Origin: Utricularia gibba
Lineage: Eukaryota; Plantae; Magnoliophyta
Assembly: GCA_002189035.1 (NCBI GenBank)
Contig: NEEC01000009.1
Location: 1,612,001-1,676,000, forward strand
DNA: 64,000 bases
Direction: 5' to 3'
Shown here: positions 24,695-38,099 of the stretch, piece by piece
How positions within the stretch are numbered: the stretch's first letter is position 1
Layout: each line of letters begins with the position of its first letter
Notes under the pieces: model-generated
Databases searched by the model: none
Told to the model about the DNA's origin: nothing
Seen by the model: only the letters and a program-made list of their open reading frames with translations
Program-made: the position numbers and the translations under genes

Positions 24695-26226
24695 TCACTG
24701 CTTCTCTTGAAGAAGTATAGCTGTGCAGGAGAAAAGGGAGAGCAACTCATCCTGCGTCGCCGAGCCAAAGCCTTGCCATCGTACACGACCATGATCGTCC
24801 AACAAAAAAATGTAACTGCGAAGTTCAAAGAAACATGGTTGTCTCAATGTAAGGCGTTCAAAAATAAACAAGTTGCTGTAGTGGTGGATTACCTGGTCAA
24901 AAGATTCAGAATCTTGAGCTCCTTTCTCAGGTAGTAGTGGTCGCCAAAAGCATAAACTATGTGTTTCTGCATAATGTCGTTGCTTTCTGCAGGCTTCGGT
25001 TTCCTCATGATCTTAAGGAGTAGTTTCTTGATTGGACTACGCGTCAACAACCATGAATCTATGAAGGATACCTACATAAAAAGTCCACCTTCCAACTGAT
25101 TTTACTTTCGTGTATCAACGTTGAAGATTCACTGAAAAAATACCTCGTATAGGCAAACATCGGTTGAATGACCAAATGTTTTGATGAATGGAGAGATCCA
25201 TGATTCTGCCATAGGCTGTAAGGGTGAGAACAACATGTGGGAATCAACTACAGACAAAAACCCTTGTGAACAGCGGAAGAAACAATTTAACCCCACCTGA
25301 GACGTCGCTCGAAAGGATAAAGACAATAAAGAAGCCTTAGGGCCCTCAGAACCCTTCATGTCGGAGGTTACAGGAAGCTTAGCAGTAGCACCATTTGAGT
25401 AATTCACTTCGAATGTAGGAAACCTCACAGCTGCAGCAGCGGGAACTATGATCTTGTTGGCTGATGCAATCTGCAGCAAGGGTGTTTTCTCGTAATCTCG
25501 ATGGAAAATGTCATTACAACTAAATAAACAGATTAGCGCACCTTCCCACCGTGCACCTTCATTTCAGACATGTCTGCAAAGTAGCCCCTACTCATTTCAT
25601 CGTTACTGTACTAAGGTATATGGAATATTGAAAGTCACATCCATGAGAACAAATACATGCACAGAAATTAGAGGACGCAAACTCCTGGAAAAAAATCAAG
25701 ACGGACCCCACACAATTTTGTAAGAACAATTACTCACAGCCGAGCTCGTTCTTTCTGAATCGCATCCTTACTCATTAGCTGCGCCAAGAAACAACAAAAG
25801 GGCACCCATTAAACATCATCAAAGATATTTTTGTCAAAATAACACTGCCACGCGATCAATTAGATATGAATTGAGAAACTCGATATCGATTTAACAAATA
25901 AAGCACAACTGGACCAATTACGTAGACAAAGCCGAGGATCATCAGAAAGCAATGAGCGACGATGTTGCAACAACCAGAAACCAACCAATTCCCAATACTA
26001 AAATAGACCAGTGAGGCTACAATTTTTGAGCTGAGAAACCCCAAGAATACATTGATCCCCAAAAGTAAATCAGTAATTTCCAATGCACATAACCAACTTG
26101 ATGAATATCCAAGAAGCGCCGAGAGGTAAACTGCGACGGGATCCTTGTCAAAGTCCTTTCATCCCATCTTCGAGCGCAGAAATTTCTAGGAGTCGATAAC
26201 CACTGCAGCCTCTTCACTCTCATCAT
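24695..26226 (-). CDS. ATP10: Mitochondrial ATPase assembly factor ATP10
   Basis: It has a presequence-like N-terminus, then the exons FLDIHQ/LMSKDAIQKERARL/NDEMSRGYFADM, KASLLSLSFRATSQ/AMAESW, FGDHYYLRKELKILNLLTG/YIFLLDDHGRVRWQGFGSATQDEL. The stop is at 24695-24697. Confidence 0.88.
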
Positions 26227-26347
26227 TATCTCCTCCTCGACTCCTCTTCTCGAGAACCAGTTCACCTAGAAATGAAGAGGAATCTTGGACTCGACGTGTC
26301 CAAGTGTCGAATATATATATACATATTTTTTTTAAAAAAAAGCCTCC

Positions 26348-26406
26348 GAGCCCACATGGCAATTTGGAGCCCATTTAACCATCAAAACCGGCCCAGTATC
26401 TGGGCC
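26348..26406. promoter_or_regulatory. Site II cluster, including an inverted pair GGCCCAG-tat-CTGGGCC, in the divergent ATP10/CKS promoter
   Basis: AGCCCA occurs twice, and a perfect 7-bp inverted repeat lies at 26390-26406. Confidence 0.5.
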
Positions 26407-26965
26407 TTCTTTGTGGATCCAAATTCCAATCATTGATCAGTACATGCAAAATCTCTTTTTCAAAAAGAAAAAAAAAAATGTTTTTCATAATTAAATAACT
26501 TGAATTACTCATTTTTTAATAGAATATGAATTATTAAATAATCAAAATGAGGGAAAACCAATCATACTTCCAAACTAATGGAACTAAAAAAATCAAATAT
26601 ATTTTATGTTTTTTAAAAATTATGTTTTTTTATTATTATTGAGTAGCTCTGCTTAAATCGTACAAGCGGGGGAAGGTTAGGAATTTGAATTTCAAAAGAT
26701 GCACTTTGTTTATTTGAATTTGCCTAAAGAACCCCTCTTTTTAATTCTTAACAACTGGTCAAATTGACGAGAAGCTAATCATTTCCCACCGCCTCCACAC
26801 TATCGCGTTTCGATTCTCTTGCCGAGGTACGCATTCTGTGTGTTGCATTGGTGCATTGTTGATTTAGATCTCTAACTTAGTCGCGCTTTCGATTCTCTTC
26901 GAATTTCTTGTGGTTTTTGTGGGATGGATGAAGAAATTTGACGATACCTGTGAAATTACCAGATA

Positions 26966-27710
26966 ATGAGTCAGATCCAGTACTCGGAGAAATATTTTGA
27001 TGATACTTACGAGTACAGGTATTTCTTGGACTTTTCTTCGGCCGTGGTTGCACTTAGGTGGTTGATGTTTCCGTTTTTTGTGCGTGCATTTTTCAGGCAT
27101 GTGGTTCTTCCACAGGAAGTAGCGAAATTGCTGCCGAAGAATCGTCTTCTTTCTGAGGTATGGCTTATTCATGAATTAGATTGTATCATATTGGTATGAT
27201 TATGTACTTGCGTCCTAGAGTTGCTAGAAGGATAACAACATGCAAGTTATGGCTTTAAGTTATATCGTCATGATGTCAGTTTACACCTTTTTTTTTTCTG
27301 AAAGCATCTACTAGTTGATGGTATTTTGTGTGTCTTAATGGGTCCTGTTTTTGTTTATTCCGATATAAGAGGTAATTAAAAAACGATTAATCCTCTGCAT
27401 AACGTGTTTTGGGATTTGATTGTGTTTGCAATAATCTAAATTGCATGTTAGGAGTGATTGTGTTCCATTAGAGTCCAGCCTTTTATAAAAAAAGTCCATC
27501 AATCCTTTATATTCACACAGTGCCACTCACTTCAATCGTTGGTTTTCTTATCATTAGAACGAGTGGCGTGCTATTGGCGTTCAGCAGAGCCGTGGATGGG
27601 TTCATTATGCCATTCATCGGCCGGAGCCTCACATCATGCTTTTTAGAAGGCCACTTAACTATCAACAGCAGCAGGAGAACCAAGCTCAGCAGAACATAGC
27701 TGCCAAGTGA
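26966..27710 (+). CDS. CKS1: Cyclin-dependent kinase regulatory subunit; 3 exons
   Basis: Exons 26966-27018, 27097-27157 and 27558-27710 give [88 protein letters not shown]. Confidence 0.96.
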
Positions 27711-28190
27711 AATCGACTTTTCAACTCTATGTTCTTTATCCGGGAAACAGAAAATCCAAACTCTGGTTTTCTCTTGAAGTTTATCGTTCACATGGATGTT
27801 AAAAACTTGAATCACCACTCGGTGCTCGAGTGGATTGTGCTGGTCGTTTAGGGTCTAGGGATTGTGCTGGACGTTTTGCTTTGTTATTGGAAGGAATTAC
27901 ATTACTTGTTCTAGCTCCATGTGCACTTTAGTAGCTGGGGAAGGCTGCAAAATGATCTTTGATGTTGTTTTGGAATAACATGTCTTATGCAGTCTGCATT
28001 CAGGTTTAGACAAATTCTGTATTCTATTACGATACAAGCATCCATTCAACATTACCATCCCATGAACCTTGAAACCTCCAGGGAGAAGAGATGCGGGGAG
28101 CCACACTGAATGAGATTTTGGCTTCTTAGTAGGCGCATCAGCTCATTTGCAAAATTCTTTTTTTCCGATGCAGTCTTGGAGAAATGCTGC

Positions 28191-29622
28191 TCACCTTCCA
28201 CCAAGTGAAGAGAATGAGGGGGAAGGATGATCCTTCAGGAACTTCGTTTGAGCCAAGCTTTCAGTGAAGCATTCCTTGCTTTCATAATTCGAGATGGATA
28301 CCTGAGGACTCTTGAACTGCGCATCGAATTCCCGGGTCATGAGTGCTGGAGAAGAGAACATAGATGGTGTAAGTGAATGACTATATGGAGTCCCATCGTA
28401 TTCATGATCCTTCACATAAATAGGGCCGCAGGAGATAAGTTGCATGATCAACTTTGCTGGCTTCAGCTTCGTAGCAGGCTGGAGATGAGGTCCCTGTGTT
28501 TCGAAGGTCTTGAGCTTATCTGCTCTTATGAGGGTGTCAAGTGTATCAGTCTGGTAGCCAGGGAATGATTCACTGGATATCAAGAGAGGAGGTGAAATGA
28601 AGCCCCTGCTTGTCTCTGTAGCTCCATTCATTTCACAGACTCTCTTCTCATTGCATGGTTCCATTGGAGGGAAATCCTTATTGCAAGGCTGTTGATCGCC
28701 AATTCCAAAGGCATCTAGATCAGTCTGAGTTGAAGCATCGACATATTGTAATGGGCAGCAGTTCCACGAATTCTTCATGCTGATGAGAGAATCAGGAGAT
28801 GCAGCAGAGGAACAAGAGCGATGATGTATAGGGGAAAGATACTCTGCTTGTGAGCCTCTTCTGGTTCTAACACTCACGTTTGATGAAGAGGATGAATCAT
28901 GATGGAGTCTGGGCTCCGTCCATTGTTTCTTCTTGCGTAGTGCAATGGTTTCTGCAGGACTGAAGCCACCTGGAAAAAAGCAGAAGGCGTGATAATATGT
29001 TTCTGTAACTGGTGGCTTGTATTATCAGGAAAACACAGGACCGAAAAGCTACCTAAGCAAGATCCTTCGAGGAGCTCTGAGCCCTTGAGAACATACTCAT
29101 TGTTACCATCAGCAGGAAGAATCAGATCCTCTTCACACAGATCATGCCACACATACCCATTCTTATACCTCCTGCATCAACAGGAAAACAAGGATCTGGA
29201 GAGCCTTGAAAAATGCAAACCGGAAAAGGGAGAGGAGAAGGGAGCCTTTGAACCATTTCACCTCTTGAAAGACCAAGAATACTTTGCTGCCATCCCTCTG
29301 CCCCTCACAGCATTCAGCCTCTTAATGACATCTACAGGTTACATCAGCTTTATCTTATGCATCGAAACAGCAACTACTTATGATTCTTGCATACAAATGA
29401 ATGAGCTGCAAAACTACCTCTAAGTTGAAGTCCATCTGAAGAAGATACAGGAACTTCCATGAAATGGGGATGCTCCAGTTTTTGGTTGCTGGATAGATAG
29501 TAAACTATTGGGACTTTGCTGCTGCGTCTTTCTGGCTGATGCTGATACTTGGGAGATTTTTCAGTCCATTCTTTTATTCTTCCAGGACTAAGGTGCCCAT
29601 ACTTTCTCATACTCCCATCCAT
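28191..29622 (-). CDS. SOK3: SOSEKI (UPSTREAM OF FLC/DUF966) polarity protein, SOK3-like; 3' end uncertain
   Basis: It has the DIX-like domain [21 protein letters not shown]...[58 protein letters not shown], the DASTQT motif and the CG motif (LIMQLISCG). Confidence 0.88.
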
Positions 29623-31281
29623 TTTTCGGCTCCAGTATCAAATGTTCCAAATACAAACTAAATGGAACAGTGGATGACTTGAATCATCCGGAGTAACACA
29701 CTGTGCATTACAGATGTAAACGGCAAAAAGGGATGATACCAAGCATCACTCATTCAACACAAAGTGCAATGAAGAAAACATGCAGGGCCCAGTCCTCGAT
29801 TACCAAAAATCAATTAAAAATTGCGGTTTCTTGGGAAGGAAATGAAGCGACGGGATCAGCAAATGGGAAGTGTGGAAAGAAAACATGAGTCACGGGGCTG
29901 AGGAACCGCAGAAATGAAGACGAACGGGAAAGACTTTTGGAATGTGGATCCCGATCCTCACTCGGCATATCTTCTTCTTTTCAGTCATTATTTCCACTTC
30001 GCGGAAGATTGATTTTTGAATATCAGAGAAGAATCCAAAGCCTCCATCTCATCGCCTTTCTTCCTCCCATCAACCCATCAAACCAAATCCGATCATCATT
30101 CGATGACGACTGGCTTATTTTATCTTCCTACCGGTTGCCATAAGTTACTCCATAGTGAGACTTATTGGGACAGTTGAACCACATGAGTGTGTCCTACCCA
30201 CTCACTACAAGGGCCAACCAACAACCACACACACAAATGCTGAACCGGACCTCCACTTCCGACAAAGATCAGTCAGTCAGTCAATCTCGACATGATATGA
30301 ACCAAAAATCAACGCTAACTGATTTATGTTCGCCTTAGAACCAAAAAAAAATGTGGGTAAGAAGGGATCTTGTCTGGAGTGATGACTCCACTCCTAGTCC
30401 TCCTCCAGAAGGAGGATCGAATGTCGGGGAAGGATAAGTGAACCTTGAAAGATGGAAGTGCTCCCTCCCCCATGATGAAGTAATGGAGATTTAATGTAAG
30501 TTCGTTGGGGATATTGAATATGGAAACATGATGGTGTCTTGGAACCATAATGACATCTCATACCCGTCGGTCTCCACTCCCGACCCAGCCGCTGCCATCC
30601 CCTCTCCACCATCTTCATTAACATCATCGCCCTTGTGATCACTGGATCAGATGAATCCAGAAATTGCTAATTCTGCCGAATTATACATGATGAGTATTCT
30701 CCCTCTCCTCCCATTTCAGGTACAAATCCATGATCACGATTACCGGAGTGATCTAACTTCAGTGTTCAAGATATGGGGGCGAGTTCAAAGATTCCTTAAG
30801 GGTGCAATTAATGTGGTCAATGAACAATAAATTTCAACACTGTTCGAAAGAGATGCCCCCCCTGCACCCTTAGCATCCATCCTGGTTCGTACATGAAGAA
30901 GAATCACTACCATGATGTAATAACTGCTGTTTCCTTTTTTTTAATTATTTCAAAATCCATTTTCAAGTCAATTGTGAATGGGTTCGATGAATGATCATTA
31001 AAACTGACTTTAGATCCAATATCAATTAAAACAAATTTAAAAATCGTTTCGATTTTTTTGTTTTTTTATTTCAGAGAAAATAGGCATGTGGATGGATAAT
31101 AGGGCATCGAAGTGAATGAATGCTCCTCGACTCTGCTACCGAAGACCGAATCCCTCTGATGCCATCCAGCCCCCACTTTCACACATCATGTGACCCTCTC
31201 CTCACTCCGCCCCTCATACCTTTCCTCTTTTTTTCTTCTTTTTTTTTAATAAAAGAGACTGAAATGTGTTTTAATTTGGGG

Positions 31282-31295
31282 TTTAGGGTTTAGGG
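31282..31295 (+). repeat. Two tandem TTTAGGG units (telo-box / short interstitial telomere-like repeat)
   Basis: Directly visible: GTTTAGGGTTTAGGGTTT, about 300 bp upstream of the next gene. Confidence 0.7.
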
Positions 31296-31595
31296 TTTTT
31301 ATTAAGTGGATCACTAGTCCTATTCAACACAATAAGTATTAATCATCGTTACTTATCAACTGGGAAAGGTCCCCATCTTGCTGCAATGCAACAGGGAAGA
31401 GTTGGAGGGCGGCCGAATTGAACCGGTTGAACCGGGGTGCAATTTGGTAAAATAGTTTACACGTTTTCATTTTATTCAATTGGTCCGATTTGAATTTTTT
31501 TTTTTATTTTTGTTAGAAAAAAATGTATTCGGGAAAAGAAATAATTTGCCACCATATGGTTGTTGTTTGGGTGGTGGCATGGCATTTTTAGAAAA

Positions 31596-32160
31596 ATGTA
31601 CAACCAAAATCCCGACCACAAGTCCACCGGAAGTGCCGGTGCTCCGCCTCCAGTGAGTCCCAGAATCTCCTTCTCCAGTGACTTCGTAGCCGGATCCCAG
31701 GTCCGGCCGCCTGCTTCTTACCGGGACGCTCCCGTTTCCGATTTTGAGTTCTCGGTCAACAACTTTCCGGCGATGAGCGCCGACGAGCTTTTCTTCAAGG
31801 GTCGGCTACTCCCACTGAAAGAAGGCGGCGGGGGAGGAAGTAACAGGACCACCACTCTGAGAGATGAGCTGGAGAATGAAGACGGTGACGAATTCTGCCT
31901 TCGGCCGCCGAAGAATCCAGTGCCGGCGCGGTGGAGGGGTTTCCTTGGACTGAGAAAATCCCACATAGGATCCAAGAAACCTGAGAAAATGGGTGAGAAA
32001 AAGAGCCCATTTTTACAAGATGCATCACAATGCAGCACCAATCCTCAGGTCTCTTCTCAATCCCCTCCCTTCACACTCACAAACACTCGTTAGAGATCTT
32101 TGCATAACCATATGACGAACAAACACCTTCTGTGTCCAAATGCAGGAGATTTCTGATTGA
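31596..32160 (+). CDS. Uncharacterised plant protein with SPRISFS and ADELFFKGRLLP motifs (membrane-associated kinase regulator-like); 2 exons
   Basis: Exon 1 (31596-32048) contains SPRISFSSDF, DFEFSV, MSADELFFKGRLLPLK, TLRDEL and WRGFLGLRKSH. Exon 2 (32146-32160) reads EISD*. Confidence 0.82.
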
Positions 32161-34182
32161 TTGAACCCCAGCTCACTTCTCATCGCGATCAACTTCAACA
32201 GTACGGTATCTTGATGAAGCTCAAGCTCAAGCTCCTATCCCTTCAATTTTTTTTCAGGAAAAAAATGAATATATCCATATCTCCCTACATTTCTTGAAAA
32301 AAAAAATAGGGTTTTGATTCTGTGGTTTGCTGATGTTCGCACTGAGGCTGGAAACTGTATTTTTCATATTTTTTTTACTAAATTCCACTGTCTTTCAGGT
32401 TCTCCGTTACTGAGATTCCCCCAAAAAAAATTACTGCCACAAAACTGCAGAAAAACAAAGCATTGTTTTTTTCAAGTACTCTGCACTTGTGTTCGGTTTC
32501 CAATATAATAAATACTTTTGCATGTAATGATTAGACCGGGTTTGTTTAATCACAGACCGACAAGAAGATTTTTAGACTTAAAAAAAGCGGGTGTCGTCTC
32601 CATCCCCAGTCCGCAGATGGGGATTTCCTGTAAAGAAATGATTGAAAATAATAAATAGAAGGAAAACCAGGAAGAAATAAATGTGTCCGGTCAACGGTCA
32701 AGGCGCCAGCTAATGGAACAGCTGGTGCCCTGCTGCACCCCCATCACGTTGCTGCATGCGTATGTATGTGTGGGTGTGCAATGCGATAGCAAGGGAACAG
32801 TAAATGCCACGTGTCTTCCGGGCGGACCAGACCGGACCGGACCAGGCACAGCCGGCCTTCCGGTGCAGCAGCTACGGCGCAGACCTGCGATCTCAGTCGC
32901 TCACGCTTCGTCTCATTTTAGTAACCACCCCTTCCTGCAAGAGCCATTTGTCGTGTCAAAATATTCTATTTTTAAATTATTGAATAAGATTTAATTTATT
33001 ATAAAATAGATCTAAATTAAATAATGATTTCAATCTATTTTTAAAACATTGATTCACTCTTTTATATAATTTCCCTTCACACATTATGGATATGTTTTTT
33101 AATTTGAACTTGTTCTTCAGATTAGGTAGAATATAATCAGTTTTTAAAATTATATTAATAGAATCAGTTTAAATTTTTTTTATAAGATAATATAAAATTA
33201 TTTTATAAAATTTAATAAAATAAAATATGTATTGTAATATTAAATCATATATAATATTATGGTGTAAATATATATTTTAGAATTGATAAAAAATGAATAT
33301 TAATGAAGCTTTAAATCGGGATACACCACATGGAGGTGAGTGCTTATAAATCTGTGGTTGATGTATAACAAAATCGAATTCTCTTGAACGAAATTGGTTG
33401 GAAAAGATTTCAAAAACCTCTTGAAAACCTACTAGAGACCGATAGACCAATAAGTATAAGAACTAAGCAACAGTAATCATTTTGACAATCTGAAAAATAA
33501 TCGAATTATAGAAATATCAAAGTAGTCAACGTTTATCTACAAGCATGATAAATCAGATCCGATAAATTAAATCCCAACATCTAGAAATCGGTCTCACTTG
33601 ATAAAGCCGATTTCCTACCGCGACAAATATTATAATTTTTCTATTTAATTTCTTATTTAATCACTGAAATACATATTCAATAAGTTTAATAATTTATAAA
33701 TTAATTAAATTTATGATTTTACTACAAAACAGTTAAAAGGAATTAATAAAACATAACATCCCTATATATGCAATTGAATTGAATTCTCATTTTGCGAAAA
33801 TTAATTTTAGAAGGCCAGCTTTGAACTTAGGAGTCCCAAGTATATTTTGGATCCAAAAATCATAAAAATTTTGGGATAATGACTAAAATTCTGATTTTAT
33901 GATCATTTTTTATTTTTTATTGACCTTAAAAATAATCAATTACTTGGTGTAATAACATACCCAAAAAAGTTTTATTTTTGAGGTGCCACGTCAGAAATGT
34001 GTGGAATGTGAAAGAGCAAATGGTGTGGTCTGAAGTCAAATGAAAACTAAATCAAATGGAACACCTCAATTTAATGTTAAAATACTGTAATAGGTGTGAT
34101 GTGATTGGAGCTACATGTATGATGTATGTGTATTGTATGTATGGTGATGATGGGAGAGAGGTGAAGGATAAATATCCACGTG

Positions 34183-37100
34183 ATGGAAGCGAAAGAGAAG
34201 GAGATTCTAGAATTAGTTGCGATGGATACGATGCAGGTGAATTGGGAAGCCCTGGACGCCCTCGTTATCGATTTCGCCAAGTCGGAGCGATTGATTGCCG
34301 ACTCGTCGCCGCCCTCGCCGTCATCTTCTTCCTCTTCGTCCTACCGGTGGCGGCGTCTGATTTGCCAGATTAGAAATTCAATCGAGTGCGGCGACATTGA
34401 TTCAGCCATCGAGCTTCTCCGCCTCCACGCTCCCGTCGTGCTTGATGATCGCCGCCTCCTCTTTTGCCTTCAGAAGCAGGTGTGTGCTCGCGGTTTTATT
34501 GGCTGTTTGATTTTGTTTCTGTTAGGAATCATTTATTATTTGTGGTTCTCGGGTGCTATTGCAGAAATTTATCGAGCTTTTGAGGAAGGGAACTGATGAG
34601 GATCGGGATTCTGCCATCAAGTGCGCGCGTACGTCTCTTGCGGCCTGTGCATTGGATGCATATCCAGTAAGTTTTGGTTTTTGTTTAGTGGCGTTGATAT
34701 TAATGTATGGATGGGATTATTGAATGCTTAACTCGATGAATTTTAATCTTTCCGTGCGTTTAGTTAATGATAAGTCCCCTTATTTGTTACCTTTTTTTCT
34801 GATCAAGGAAGCATATGAGGAATTTAAGCATGTTCTCCTTGCCTTCATCTACGATAAAGATGACGAGATCTCTCCTGTGGCAAAGGAGGTAACCTGACAG
34901 ATGCCCCTATTTTGCACAAGTCTTTTCTCTTTGACGCATACCATTTTTAGCAAAATATGTCTCAATTGTCTGTCGTTTCTTCAAAATGTTTATGAACATA
35001 AATTATAGTTGATTGTCTGGGTGATAGACTGAAAAATCCGCAATTCATCGTTGCATGTCGATTGGTTGTTTCCCTGGTCTGCATGCTTGTTCCTTGACCT
35101 TGCGGGAAAATAGAACAACATGATGCGTGTAATTCAATTCCAAATCTGGGATTGATCCTTCTGACTATGCCATGAAATAAATGAGAATTATGATTGTGAT
35201 TACGTTGAAACTGTTGGCAGTTCATTGTTTATTTTATGCACGTTACAGTGGTGTGCGAAAAGGAGATATGAAATCGCAGCGCTGCTATCTTCTGTTCTTA
35301 GATCGCAGTTACATGCATATGATCCTATATTTTCAATGACTTTGAGATATCTGATCAGGTATGCCCAGCTTTTAATTGTTTTTTTTTTTTTTTCTATTCT
35401 TTCACGCCCCTAAATGCAAGCTTACTTACATTGGTGCCACATGTATTGCAGTCAGTGGCTTTAATGGCGCTTTTCTCATTTCTAATTGTATGTAAAATTA
35501 TTTGTTGTTATCTAATGGCCATTCATTTTGTAGCATACACAAGGGGTTCTGCCTTCGTCAAGGTGCCTCATCACCCATAAGTGATCTTACAGAGAGATTG
35601 CTCCTCGAGGAACGTGACCCCCTCCAACACTACAAGAAAGTTCGTTTGAAGCCCCACCGTTTGATGAGGTATTTGCCAAAAATTCATTCTTGGGTCAATT
35701 GTTTTTGTCACATTACTTCTGACGTTGGTCTTGCACCTTCGCTCTGTTGACTTGTTAAGAATCTCTTCGGGGTATATCATTATATGCATTAGTGTTCCTT
35801 TTATTACAGGTGGATATACAAGCGCTTGCTCATGCGGTTGAACTTACTAGACAGGGTGCAGTGGATAGTTTGAGGTTTGCGAAGGGTGATCTTTTCACGG
35901 CATTTCAGGTTTATGTTTTGATCTTTTATATGAGAATTGTGTGGCACCGTCAAAAAATTGGGTAGCAATTGCTTGGAAAAATTAACTGTTCTTCAAGGGA
36001 GTCCTATCCAAGCTCCTGACTGTATACCCTCCCCTCTTTTCTGCATTTTGCTTGTTGCAGAATGAATTATGCCGACTAAGGCTTGATATTTCAGTCCTTG
36101 ATGAACTTGTGCATGAGTATTGCATTTTTAGGGGTATTTTGGATACTCTTCATTCTCAGGAAGGTTAGTGTTTCTTCACTCTCCATTTCTTTCTAGTCAT
36201 AGTCATTGAGTTTTCATCCTTTATCTTATTCTGATTTTTCGTTTTCTTTCTCCATACGATCTGGAATGGCAGTGGATCAACTGAACCAAGGCAGTAGCAT
36301 GTCACCAAATTCAACATTTGTTTCTGAAAATGAATTATCTGTAAACGGTGCTAAGGTGGAATGCTTTCAAAATAACATTGATCTGGTGATGTCTGATCAA
36401 CATGTTGAAATTGAGGAGCGGTATCCCTGTGATGCGTCTGCTCTGAGTGAAGACTGTAGCACCAGCAGAACTTGTCAAAGTGCAGACAGCAAAGTTGTAC
36501 AAAGAGGCAGAAATCCTGTCCCTTCTGAGAGGGGCAAGCGCAAAAGATGGAGAGGAAGGGATGGGGACCTAGAAACTAGTTCAGAAGTTGTTGCTGGAAG
36601 TTGTACCCATGAGCAGAGTGCTAATGCATTTTCTGGTAGTGCAAACATGGTAATCAATTTACTAATTCTGTGTGTCTTGTTAATTATTCTAAAGTGAAGT
36701 TTCTCAGCTACTCTACAGCTGCAGAGTTTTAAAAAGTCACTCCTCATCGACAATCTAAGTCAAAAGCTAGACAAATTTGAGATTGTTCTGGAGATGAACG
36801 AATTAGTAAGGAAGGGAATGGCAGCAGAGGTCTTTGAAGAAATTAACTCTCTGGATCCGGAGTTTTTTGATCTGAACCCATTGTTGCTGTTTCAGCTGAA
36901 ACAAGTATGCACCTTCTCCTCGCCAACTTTATCTTTCAATCATGTGGGGTTTTCTTTGCTATTCTTGACATTTCAAATATGTTTTGATTGGTATATTTAC
37001 TCTGCAGGCTGAATTTTTTAAGCATGTAAATTCTGGTGACCAAGCATCTGCATTGAAGGTTGCATCATTGCATTTGGGTCCTCTGGCAGCTAAAGATCCT

Positions 37101-38099
37101 GCCTTCCTTAAACCTTTAAAAGAGACCTTACTGGTTTTTCTCAGACCCATCGAGGAACCAATTAGCAAACGCTTGTCCTTTGATGCTCTGGCAACTTCAC
37201 TCCAGGTTACATTCTGTAATGAATGCACGCACTATTCGTCACCACTTCTCTGCCTCGCGCCTCTATGTTTTCTGTTCATTAACTGATTGGAACAACTCCT
37301 TTAACCAAGTAAATACAATTGTATTGTAGAAGTAAGTCGGTTAGCACATTGTCCATGGGACCTTGGGGGCATTTTTTATATTAGGCATTTTCGTAGCATG
37401 TTTTAGTTAATGCCCACTCGTTTAATATAGGAGTTTTATGGTATGAAAAGAAAGCTTCAGATTTTAGTTTTTGGAGTATTCCAATAGGTTTGTTCGTACA
37501 TTTTGTTCTGTTCGAGACAGATGTGTTTAAAAGAAGTTTCTTCTGGTGTAAAGGTTGCTGTTGGCCGAAGGCTGGGTATCGAGGAGCCCCAGCTAATGAA
37601 GATAATTAGGGCAACTCTCCACTCACATACTGAATGGTTCAAACTTCAGATGTGTAAAGACCAGTTTGAAGGTTTACTATGGATCAGTTCCCTGAAACAA
37701 CCTGGCAGCCCTGTGATCGGGGATCCTTCATCCAAATCCGCAAACGGTACATGCACTCAAGTTTCATCATTGGTCACAATGTCCTCCAGCAATACGAGGA
37801 TACCAGAAAATGGCAACTCCAATGAAACATCGTCTGCTGATATTGGATGTGACGAAAATGCAATTCTCAAGGTTATGGTAAGTTCCCTCACTTTGTTGTT
37901 TGTTACCATAGAAAAATAAAAACAAGTTCTTTTGTTGTCACATTTTTGTTTATTCTTTGAATCACTTTTTAGAAAGAAATGACCATGCTGTTTCTCTGAA
38001 TTTCAGGAATTTCTCGCCTTGCCCAGAGCTGATGCTATTCATCTTCTCGCTCAGTATAATGGGAATGCAGAAACCGTTATTCAGCAAATATTCGCTTGA
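34183..38099 (+). CDS. LisH/CTLH-domain protein; multi-exon; apparent 1-bp frameshift at 35618-35622
   Basis: Segments: VNWEALDALVIDFAKSERL, CGDIDSAIELLRLHAP, KFIELLR, EAYEEFKHVLLAFIYDKDD, VDIQALAHAVELTRQGAVDSLRFAKGDL, FFDLNPLLLFQLKQ and the terminal ADAIHLLAQYNGNAETVIQQIFA*. The start could instead be the ATG at 34222. Confidence 0.88.

Noticed and set aside
32788-32825. Possible degenerate MIR408 or MIR164 locus
   Set aside because: Too many mismatches to the mature sequences, and no long miRNA/miRNA* hairpin.
32990-33950. Long AT-rich tracts (also 20980-21300 and 44330-45260) as transposons
   Set aside because: No transposase, RT, LTR, PBS or clear terminal structures were seen. They may be old TE debris but this is unsupported.
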